The position numbers were made by a program, and so were the translations under genes. Shown in pieces: positions 15,724 through 25,530 of a stretch of DNA of 32,000 bases (its first letter is position 1; the number at the start of each line of letters is the position of its first letter). The notes below the pieces were generated by a model that made no database searches, was not told the DNA's origin, and was given only the letters and a program-made list of their open reading frames with translations. The DNA is from an uncultured Chloroflexia bacterium (lineage in GTDB: Bacteria > Chloroflexota > Ktedonobacteria > Ktedonobacterales > JADMIN01): positions 360,001 through 392,000 of the forward strand of contig CAVRAI010000001.1 of assembly GCA_963718915.1 (NCBI GenBank), written 5' to 3'.

Positions 15724-15901
15724 CGCGGCATTATGTGGTTTTAGAAATAACCCCGTACAGCGTGCTGAAATGGGCGTGCCGGAGCCTGCCAGCGAATGGG
15801 CCGCAGTGGCGGGAAATTCGCCGTAGCGTGCACGCTACGGCTTGCCAGCCCCACCGCAATGCCCGTGTCCGTCGCAAATCCTAAAACTACATTATGCCGC
15901 G
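15724..15901. mobile_element. MITE-like element bounded by 21-bp terminal inverted repeats
   Basis: CGCGGCATTATGTGGTTTTAG (15724-15744) versus the reverse complement of 15881-15901 (CGCGGCATAATGTAGTTTTAG): 19 of 21 match. The interior carries the R1 module also present inside the 6200-6483 element. Confidence 0.5.
15781..15855 (+). repeat. dispersed repeat, family R1 (hairpin GCCGTAGCG-TGCA-CGCTACGGC)
   Basis: Near-identical to 6371-6445 over about 75 bp. Confidence 0.85.
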
Positions 15902-15950
15902 AAGGTGGCCCACCACTTCCCTCGACCACGCCATTCGCGCAAATCTCGCC

Positions 15951-15985
15951 ACACAAAAAGCCCCCTCTCCTCGCAGGAGAGGGGG
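15951..15985 (-). terminator. intrinsic terminator of the coxS-L-M operon (built from the R3 repeat hairpin)
   Basis: Minus strand, 18 nt after the coxM stop: CCCCCTCTCC-TGCGA-GGAGAGGGGG (15985-15961), followed by CTTTTTGTGTG. Confidence 0.7.
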
Positions 15986-15999
15986 TTGGGGGTGAGGTC
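15961..15999. repeat. dispersed repeat family R3 (CCCCCTCTCC-TCGCA-GGAGAGGGGG-TTGGGGGTGAGGTC)
   Basis: A second copy lies at 25342-25381, with one extra G. Confidence 0.9.
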
Positions 16000-16003
16000 C
16001 GTC

Positions 16004-16876
16004 CTACCGCCGCGCGTTTTGCGCCGCCTGCAAGACGGCCCGCTGCGCCAGCACCTGAATCAGATGCGCGCGGAAGTCCGATGAGGCGTAGCTATCGCCC
16101 ATCAGATCCACGCCACTGGCCGCGTTGGCGCAGGCCGCCGCGACCGATTGCGCGTCGAGTGGCCTGCCCGCAAGCGCCTGCTCGGTGGCCGTCGCCCGCG
16201 TGGCATGCGAGCCAGCGCCCGTGATGCCGATGCGCGCCGACTGGCAATTGCCATCCGCGCCGACCGTCACGATAGCCGCGACGCCCACCACCGCATAGCC
16301 GCTGGCGGGATGGCGGTGCTTGAGATACGCGGTTCCCGTGCCGGGCGAATCGGTCGCCGGGAAGCTAATCGACGTCAGCACCTCGCTTGGCTCGAGCGCG
16401 GTCGTCAGCACATCCTGGAAGAAATTGCTGGCGTCATAGAGACGGTTTCCGCTGGCTCCCGTCGCCAGGAGTTGCGCGCCAAGAGCCACCGCCGCCGCGG
16501 GAAGATCGCCCGCTGGGTCGGCATGCGCCAGGCTGCCGCCGACCGTGCCGCGCGTGCGCACCTGTGGATCGCCCACCTGCCGGATCGTCTGAATCAGCAG
16601 CGGGCAGCGGCTCTGCACATCGCCCGAGTTGAGCACCTGATAGTACGGCGTCATCGCGCCGATGACAATGTTATTGCCATCCACACGAATGCCGCGCAAC
16701 TCCTGCACCCGCCCCAGATCGATCAGCGTTGCCGGGTCGGCCAGCCGGAACTTCAGCATGGGAATCAGGCTCTGGCCGCCCGCCAGCAGCTTGCCATCGT
16801 CTCCGGCGGCCTGCATCTGTGCGATCACATCGGCCAGCGATGTTGGCGCGGCATAGGCAAAGTTTGTGGGATACAT
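16004..16876 (-). CDS. coxM: xanthine dehydrogenase/CO dehydrogenase family FAD-binding medium subunit
   Basis: 290-aa ORF with SD GGAGGAGGA. FAD-binding motif LLAGGQSLIPMLKFRLA. Positioned 3' of coxL. Confidence 0.8.
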   Translation of the reverse strand: MYPTNFAYAAPTSLADVIAQMQAAGDDGKLLAGGQSLIPMLKFRLADPATLIDLGRVQELRGIRVDGNNIVIGAMTPYYQVLNSGDVQSRCPLLIQTIRQVGDPQVRTRGTVGGSLAHADPAGDLPAAAVALGAQLLATGASGNRLYDASNFFQDVLTTALEPSEVLTSISFPATDSPGTGTAYLKHRHPASGYAVVGVAAIVTVGADGNCQSARIGITGAGSHATRATATEQALAGRPLDAQSVAAACANAASGVDLMGDSYASSDFRAHLIQVLAQRAVLQAAQNARR

Positions 16877-16892
16877 AGCATCCTCCTCCGCG

Positions 16893-19286
<2,394 letters not shown>

Positions 19287-19301
19287 AGGTGGATCCTCCC
19301 T

Positions 19302-19811
19302 TTACTCGCCAGCGGTTCCAGCGGTTGCTGGCTGCGCGGAGCCGGTGCGCATCGCTTCGGCGGCTGAACGTACGGCGGCGACAATATTCTGGTAGCCGGT
19401 GCAGCGGCAGAGATTGCCTTCGAGCTGCTCGCGAATCTCGGCGTCGGTGGGGTTCGGGCTGCGCTGAAGCAGCGCCACCGCCGCCATCATCATGCCGGGC
19501 GTGCAGAAGCCACATTGCAGTCCGTGCTTCTCCCAGAAGGCGGTCTGAATCGGGTGATACTCCCCATTCCGCGCCAGCCCCTCCACCGTCTGCACCTGCG
19601 CGCCATTCGCCTGAACCGCCAGCACCATGCAGCTCTTCACGGGTTGGCCATTCAGCAGCACGGTGCAAGCGCCGCATTGGCCAGTATCACATCCGACATG
19701 AGTGCCGGTGAGATTGAGTACGTCGCGCAGGTAATGCACCAGTAGCGTGCGGGGTTCGACAGCGCTCTGTTGCTCTTCCCCGTTCACGGTTACGCGAATG
19801 TTTTGTTCCAC
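19302..19811 (-). CDS. coxS: (2Fe-2S)-binding small subunit of the molybdenum hydroxylase
   Basis: 169-aa ORF with a GTG start. Cluster motifs CDTGQCGACTV, CGFCTPGMMM and CRCTGY. Confidence 0.85.
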   Translation of the reverse strand: MEQNIRVTVNGEEQQSAVEPRTLLVHYLRDVLNLTGTHVGCDTGQCGACTVLLNGQPVKSCMVLAVQANGAQVQTVEGLARNGEYHPIQTAFWEKHGLQCGFCTPGMMMAAVALLQRSPNPTDAEIREQLEGNLCRCTGYQNIVAAVRSAAEAMRTGSAQPATAGTAGE

Positions 19812-19931
19812 GTCTCCGGTCCTCTCTTGCGCGTCACCGCTCGATTACGTCCCCAAAGGACCTTCCGGGACGGTGTGACGCTGGTCGTTGTGACGATGCC
19901 GCCTGAATGCGCATCGCCGCTACTTCACATG

Positions 19932-19956
19932 CCGCACTACGATTCCGCACTACGAT
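19932..19956 (+). promoter_or_regulatory. 12-nt direct repeat (CCGCACTACGAT x2, 13-nt period) upstream of coxS
   Basis: Exact copies at 19932-19943 and 19945-19956, about 120-145 nt upstream of the coxS start. Function unknown. Confidence 0.3.
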
Positions 19957-20089
19957 GTGCCAATTCTCTCGCCATTGGGTGTGTATGAACAGTCGCGCAG
20001 CATGACGCGACGGGTCAGATTCAGACAGGGAACAACATCAGGCAATCCGCGATGATGAGAGCGGCGCTATTGGCCGCCCATCGCCTCGA

Positions 20090-20941
20090 CTATCGAAAAA
20101 CTCCGACGACGACAAGAACGACGATCACAACGATCGCCACCGCGAGAACGGCGAGTATGACGCCGATCCCCGCCGATCTGCGCTGGCCTTCGAGACTGCT
20201 GTCCGATAGCGGCGCTCGCGCGGGAGTGGACGGCGGCGTGGCGGATACAACGGGTGTAGCGGGCGGCGGTGGAGTATATAACTCTGAGACTGCCGGGGCA
20301 GGCGCTGGTGTGGAGAATGTCTCCATAGAAGCCGCGTCGGCAACGGCAGGCGGTGGATCGGCGGGGATCGGCGGCGACTCAGCCGGAGCAGCGACCACGA
20401 GCGGCGCGGGCGCTTCCGCGGCAGCGGACTCGGCGACGGGGGCAGCGACCGAGGCAACAGAGGCAACCGCGGCAACCTCAGCAATGGGGGCAGCGGCTGG
20501 CATTTCTGGCAGCAGACTCGCCATGCGACCGAAGTAGCGCTTGAGGAGCATGTTGGCCGCGCCACTCGCCACCTGCGCGCCCATGCTGGCAATCCGCCCG
20601 CCAAGCTGCGCCTGCCCGGTATAGTGGATGTCCGTCGTGCCAGTGTCGTTGGCTTGCAGGCGCAGCACGCCATCGCTATGCAGGATGCCACGAGCGCCCG
20701 CGCCATCGACCACGACGCGGTACGACTCTGGCTTCTGGGCATCGAGGACGCGCATAGTACCCTGGTAGACCCCTTTGACTCCCGCCACATCGACATTCAG
20801 GCGCATCGCGTACTGGTTGTCGCCTGTCTGTTCGAGCGACTCGCACCCGGGGATGGCGCGCTTGAGGTGGTCAGGATCGAGCAGGGCGTTCCAGACCTGT
20901 TCGCGGGGAGCGTTCAGTGTGTAGGTGCCGGAAATATCCAT
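20090..20941 (-). CDS. coxG: CoxG-like SRPBCC protein with a Pro/Ala-rich linker and C-terminal transmembrane anchor
   Basis: 283-aa ORF. The N-terminal ~150 aa (ISGTYTLNAPREQVWNALLDPDHLKRAIPGCESLE...) look like the CO dehydrogenase subunit G / SRPBCC family. This is followed by ~100 aa of A/P/V-rich low complexity and a terminal IGVILAVLAVAIVVIVVLVVVGVF helix. Confidence 0.7.
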   Translation of the reverse strand: MDISGTYTLNAPREQVWNALLDPDHLKRAIPGCESLEQTGDNQYAMRLNVDVAGVKGVYQGTMRVLDAQKPESYRVVVDGAGARGILHSDGVLRLQANDTGTTDIHYTGQAQLGGRIASMGAQVASGAANMLLKRYFGRMASLLPEMPAAAPIAEVAAVASVASVAAPVAESAAAEAPAPLVVAAPAESPPIPADPPPAVADAASMETFSTPAPAPAVSELYTPPPPATPVVSATPPSTPARAPLSDSSLEGQRRSAGIGVILAVLAVAIVVIVVLVVVGVFR

Positions 20942-21187
20942 TGGCCATCATCCCTCCGTTCGCGTGTATCGCAGGAACAGCGTCAAGGTCGAGAAGATGT
21001 GCATCCGCCAGGTCGCCATCAGCGCCACTCCACCAGCGCCGGACGACACTTCATTCGAGGAAGATACGGGAAGTGTAACACATACACCTACTCGTCTGCC
21101 CGGCGGCGCATCCGCAGCCCTGTTTTTGCCGACTCGCGCACGGTTGAGCCATACGAATACAGGCAGACGCGCATGGCGGCTTTCCCT

Positions 21188-21238
21188 GGAAAATAGGAGG
21201 CCGACGCCTATCTGAGATTCCCCAGGCAAGGCGTCGGC
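21188..21238 (-). terminator. possible intrinsic terminator downstream of the PLDc_N gene
   Basis: Minus strand: GCCGACGCC (21238-21230), 21-nt loop, GGCGTCGGC (21208-21200), then CTCCTATTTTCC. The U tract is modest. Confidence 0.4.
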
Positions 21239-21268
21239 AAATGATTATCGGTGTTTGGAATACTGCGA

Positions 21269-21517
21269 CTACAGCAGGCGATTACGTCTCTGGCCAAGCA
21301 GCAGATAGAGCAGCGGGCCAGCCACCGGCACCAGCCAGACAAGCAACAGCCAGAGCAGCTTCTCTGTCGTGCTGAGGTTATCGCCGATAATCATCACCGT
21401 CAGAAAGATGTGGCCAACCAGTGGCACAAAGAGACAGACCGCCACTATCAGGGTGGTCAGCAGGCAGCCCAGATCGTTCGAACTGGTCGAACTGTTCGAG
21501 CGTGAGTACGTTGACAC
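21269..21517 (-). CDS. PLD nuclease N-terminal domain (PLDc_N) small membrane protein
   Basis: ORF track 21269..21547 (TTG start). I prefer GTG 21517, which lies 8 nt after AAAGAGG. Two TM helices and the tail LLWLLLVWLVPVAGPLLYLLLGQRR typical of PLDc_N mini-proteins. Confidence 0.6.
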   Translation of the reverse strand: MSTYSRSNSSTSSNDLGCLLTTLIVAVCLFVPLVGHIFLTVMIIGDNLSTTEKLLWLLLVWLVPVAGPLLYLLLGQRRNRLL

Positions 21518-21710
21518 GCGCCAGGCCTCTTTCGCAAAACACTTCAATACAACTTGCCCGCACGGCGCATGAGTCCATCGTCATGCCTGTCATCCCGCCG
21601 CGAGCAAAGCGCTTCTTGCGCTGTCCTACTCTACAGTACGCGCGACATCGCCACAGGTTGAACGGCGCCTCGAAGACGGCGCGGATATCCAGGCGCGCAG
21701 GCTATTCCAC

Positions 21711-23453
21711 CTACTCCATCGCCATCGGCAGCGCCGACGCCTCCGCCGAGGTGGCGTCGCCTTTTTCCGGGGATGCAATGGTTGTGCGCAGCGGAATCTC
21801 CTTCAGGAAGAAGGTGGCCACGAGCGCCGCGACCGCCATGACCAGCATCGCGAAAAATGAAGCGCGTAATCCATCGAGCAGGCTGCCGCTGACCGTATCG
21901 AAGAACTGGTGATAGAGCGCCTGCCCGGTCTGTGGCCCCAGCGCCGCCTTGAACCCAGCGAGAATCGCCTGCTGTGTTTCTGGACTCACCAGTACCTGCG
22001 GGTCAGATGGTATCGCATGGCCACGTGCCGCCGCCGCCGCCAGCACGCTCTTGAGGTTGGACGATTGAGCGGTGGCAAAGCTGGAGGCGAAGACATTGGC
22101 GACGATGGCGCCCAGCACTGAAATACCGATGGTCGAGCCAATCGAACGACTAAACTGCACCGACGAGGTGACGACACCGAGCCGATTGTAGGGCAGCGCG
22201 TTCTGCACGGCGACGGTGTAGACCGGCAGGACGAAGCCGAGGCCGAGGCCGATGATGATCATGTTGCGCACAAGCGTCGCGTTATCGGTATTGGCGCCCA
22301 TGCCGAGCAGCAGAGCCACGCCAATCGTGCAGACGACCAGGCCAATGAGGGCGATGCGCTGATAATGCCCGGTGCGCGAGATATACTGGCCGCCGAGGAT
22401 GTTGGTGACTACCACAGCCAGCGTCAGCGGCGTAATTACCGCGCCGGAACTCGTCGCCGACTGCTTCAGCACGCCCTGCACGAAGAGCGGCAGATAGACG
22501 CCCAGCCCCAGCAACAGCGGCCCCACGAAGAAACTGGCGAGGAACGCAGCAGTAAATATCTGGTTGCGGAACAGATCGAGCGGTAAGAGGGGATCAGCGA
22601 CGCGCGATTCGACCAGGGCGAAGACGGCGAACATCACCAGTGAGAGCGCCAGCGCGATGATAACCTGTGGCGATCCCCAGGCATAACTAGAGCCTGCCCA
22701 CGTCAGCGCGACGAGCAGCGGCACGATGCCCGCGATGATCGTGGCGACGCCAAACCAGTCAATCCGCCGACCGCCGCGCCTGCTACCAGTGGCGGGGAAG
22801 CCGATGATTAGGGTAATCAGGGCAACCGCGCCCACCGGCAGATTGACGTAGAAGACCCAGCGCCAGCCAGGATTATCGGTAATCCAGCCGCCCAGGCTCG
22901 GCCCAAACACCGAGGCCAGCCCGAATGTCGCCGCGATGACGCCCTGCCAGCGTCCGCGCTCCTGCGGGGTGAAGAGGTCGCCGATGCTGGCGAATGCGCC
23001 GGACTGCAACGCGCCCGCGCCGATGCCCTGCACGCCACGGAAGATAATCAATTCATCCATCGTCGCCGAACGCCCGCAGAGCGCCGATCCCAGCACAAAG
23101 ACGATGAGGCCGAAGATCAGGATGGGCTTGCGGCCAAACTGGTCGGAGAGCTTGCCCGCGATGGGGATCACGCAGGTCGCGGTCAGCAGGTACGCCGTGA
23201 CCACCCAGGAATAGCGGTCGAATCCATTGAGTTCGGCAACGATACGTGGCAGCGCCGTACCCACGATGGTCTGGTCGAGCGCGGCTACCAGGATGCAGAG
23301 CAACACGCCTGCCAGCGCAAGGATCAGTTGCTTGCGGTCGAGTTCTGGTGGCGCGCCAGCGCCATTGGCCCCAGCCGCGCCAGTTGCCCCATTCGCCCCA
23401 GGCGCACTGCCATTCGCCCCAACCGTGGCTCTTTCCGCGCGCTCGTCGCTCAT
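21711..23453 (-). CDS. MFS transporter, DHA2 (EmrB/QacA-like, 14-TMS) family
   Basis: ORF track 21711..23624. Start trimmed to ATG 23453 (MSDERAER) behind GGGGGAGA. LDQTIVGTALP, GKLSDQFGRKP and many TM segments. Gly/Ala/Asn-rich N-terminal tail. Confidence 0.8.
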   Translation of the reverse strand: MSDERAERATVGANGSAPGANGATGAAGANGAGAPPELDRKQLILALAGVLLCILVAALDQTIVGTALPRIVAELNGFDRYSWVVTAYLLTATCVIPIAGKLSDQFGRKPILIFGLIVFVLGSALCGRSATMDELIIFRGVQGIGAGALQSGAFASIGDLFTPQERGRWQGVIAATFGLASVFGPSLGGWITDNPGWRWVFYVNLPVGAVALITLIIGFPATGSRRGGRRIDWFGVATIIAGIVPLLVALTWAGSSYAWGSPQVIIALALSLVMFAVFALVESRVADPLLPLDLFRNQIFTAAFLASFFVGPLLLGLGVYLPLFVQGVLKQSATSSGAVITPLTLAVVVTNILGGQYISRTGHYQRIALIGLVVCTIGVALLLGMGANTDNATLVRNMIIIGLGLGFVLPVYTVAVQNALPYNRLGVVTSSVQFSRSIGSTIGISVLGAIVANVFASSFATAQSSNLKSVLAAAAARGHAIPSDPQVLVSPETQQAILAGFKAALGPQTGQALYHQFFDTVSGSLLDGLRASFFAMLVMAVAALVATFFLKEIPLRTTIASPEKGDATSAEASALPMAME

Positions 23454-23740
23454 CGTGGTCTCCCCCCAAATTCGTGGATCGTCGTCGGTGCGCATGCGTG
23501 GCTCATCACGGAAAGATGGCGCAGCCGTCGCGCGCAATACTGCATAAAGGGTAGCGTACCGTAGCAGGTCAAGAAGGAGCAATGGCCATAGGGACAGATT
23601 TCTCCACATCGTTCCTTGTCGCAATGCGCCGCTGCTGCTAGACTATCCGCATGAATACTGCCACGATGCGCGCCCACCAGGAACCAACCCTGGGCAGGAC
23701 GTATCGCACATCACGAGCAGGCACGCCACTTCCTGTTCTG

Positions 23741-23773
23741 GCCGCGTAAGCCCGGCGCAATTGCTTACGCGGC
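23741..23773. other. perfect 11-bp inverted repeat (GCCGCGTAAGC - 11 nt - GCTTACGCGGC) in the divergent MFS intergenic region
   Basis: Read directly. The arms are at 23741-23751 and 23763-23773, and no U tract lies on either side. Confidence 0.5.
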
Positions 23774-23985
23774 GGAACATGGCGCCGCCCGATGCCGCCT
23801 CGCTCGCTCACTCGCACGCTACCTGTAGCTGCTGTGAGCGCCAGGTGTGATTGCGCATCGAGCAGACGCCGTTCCTCCCGCTCAATCACTTTACCCCAAA
23901 GCCCCTCTTTGGCGGCGCGCCGGGCATCCTTTTGCGATCTCCTACCGCGTGGCTGGCGCGGAACGTCACAGTACACGCGCCAGCC

Positions 23986-25284
23986 ATGGCTCAGATGAAA
24001 GTGGATGCCAATTCCATGACACTCAACCAGCAGGCGTCGCCAGCGGCGCCTGAAGCTTCACGCCCGTTGTCACGCCTGTTGCCGCTCTGGCGCAATCGCA
24101 ACTACCTGCTTCTCTGGAGCGGCCAGGCGATCTCGTCGGTAGGTGGCGAGGCCTCGCAACTGGCCTTCCCACTGCTCGTACTGGCCGTAACCCATTCACC
24201 TATCCAGGCCGGAATCGTCGGAGCATTGCGCGCGCTGGCCTATCTCTTCCTTGGGCTGCCCGCCGGGGCGCTTGTCGACCGCTGGGATCGCAAGCGCACG
24301 ATGATACTCTGCGACGCCGGGCGCGCGCTGGCGCTGGGCAGCATCCCGCTGGCGCTGGCGCTCAATCACATGACGATGGCGCAGATTTATCTCGTCTCCG
24401 TCATCGAAGGGACGCTCTACGTCTTTTTTGGCCTTGCGGAGTCCGCCGCGCTGCCACGGGTAGTCGACAAATCGCAATTGCCCGCCGCCACGGCGCAAAA
24501 TGAGGTCACTGGTGGCATCGTGACACTCCTGGGGCCGTCGCTCGGCGGGACACTCTTCGGTGTGGCGCGCGCGTTGCCCTTCCTGACGGACGCCGTCTCA
24601 TACGCCGCCTCGGTGCTGACGCTCTCGTGGATCCGCGTTCCCTTCCAGGACGAGCGCCAGCCACGAACCCGCAGCCTGCGCGCCGAGATGTGGGAAGGGA
24701 TGGTCTGGCTCTGGCGCGAGCCGGTGATTCGCGCGCTCGCGTTGCTCCACGGCGGCGTGATCTTTTCCTATGCGGGCATGATGCTGCTCGTGGTAGTGAT
24801 CGCCCAAAAACTGCATACCCCTCCCTATGCCATTGGCCTGATCTTTGGCTTGAGCGGCCTGGGCGGCATCGCGGGCGCTGTGCTCGGCTCGCAGGTACAG
24901 AAACGGCTGCGGCTGGGCCAGATCATCGTCGGGGCGTTCTGGCTCTTCGCGCTGCTCTGGCCGCTCTATGCCATTGCGCCATCCGCGCTGGCGCTGGCGA
25001 TCATCCTTGGCGCGTTCTGGGTGGTGGATGAGACATACGACGTGGCGCAGATCAGCTATCGGCTGACGCTGATTCCCGACGCGCTTCGCGGGCGGGTGAA
25101 TGGCGCGTTTCGCCTCATCTCGTTCAGCTGCGAGGCGCTGGGCATGGGGCTGACGGGACTGCTCCTGCAGCAGGTTGGCGTCACGCCGACGATCCTGGTC
25201 TTCGAGGGCGCGCTGATCGTGCTGGCGACCGCCGCGACACTCAACCGCGCGCTGCGCACGGCAAAACGCATCGAGGATCTATAG
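23986..25284 (+). CDS. MFS transporter (MFS_3 / EntS-like)
   Basis: ORF track 23851..25284. Start trimmed to ATG 23986, which is uncertain because no clear SD is present. RNRNYLLLWSGQAISSVGG, GALVDRWDRKR, about 12 TM segments. Confidence 0.75.
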   Translation: MAQMKVDANSMTLNQQASPAAPEASRPLSRLLPLWRNRNYLLLWSGQAISSVGGEASQLAFPLLVLAVTHSPIQAGIVGALRALAYLFLGLPAGALVDRWDRKRTMILCDAGRALALGSIPLALALNHMTMAQIYLVSVIEGTLYVFFGLAESAALPRVVDKSQLPAATAQNEVTGGIVTLLGPSLGGTLFGVARALPFLTDAVSYAASVLTLSWIRVPFQDERQPRTRSLRAEMWEGMVWLWREPVIRALALLHGGVIFSYAGMMLLVVVIAQKLHTPPYAIGLIFGLSGLGGIAGAVLGSQVQKRLRLGQIIVGAFWLFALLWPLYAIAPSALALAIILGAFWVVDETYDVAQISYRLTLIPDALRGRVNGAFRLISFSCEALGMGLTGLLLQQVGVTPTILVFEGALIVLATAATLNRALRTAKRIEDL

Positions 25285-25341
25285 TGGACTGGCGCTGCTA
25301 CATGGGTGGACATTGTCCACGCGCATGCTCCGCTTCTGGCT

Positions 25342-25381
25342 CCCCCTCTCCTCGCAGGAGAGGGGGTTGGGGGGTGAGGTC
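25342..25381. repeat. dispersed repeat family R3, second copy
   Basis: CCCCCTCTCC-TCGCA-GGAGAGGGGG-TTGGGGGGTGAGGTC, 57 nt after the MFS stop codon. Here there is no adjacent T tract on either strand. Confidence 0.9.
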
Positions 25382-25530
25382 TGGGGATAAGACAACAACA
25401 ACGCATGCACGCATTGCGCCGCAGAGTGCCATCACGGCGCTGAAAAGCACACGCCGCTACCTGACACCAAATGGTTGAGATACAATAGAAGCCACCACTT
25501 GATGACGCTACGAAATTGAGGCGCCTGTTT

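Noticed and set aside
15796-16224. ORFs reading through the R3 repeat (15796..16224 with ...LLAGEGVGGEVRP, and 25284..25478 with ...SPSPRRRGGWGVRSG).
   Set aside because: They are products of translating the hairpin repeat and antisense cox DNA. There are no start signals and the composition is implausible.
23638-23976. 112-aa ORF on the minus strand in the divergent MFS spacer, containing a stretch (AKEGLWGKVIEREERRLLDAQ) that briefly looked like a recombinase or transposase fragment.
   Set aside because: No motif I can name, very Arg-rich, no SD, and the start would overlap the neighbouring gene's start region. Also rejected: the 19-codon plus-strand ORF at 23582, whose AAGGAG is only 2 nt from the ATG.
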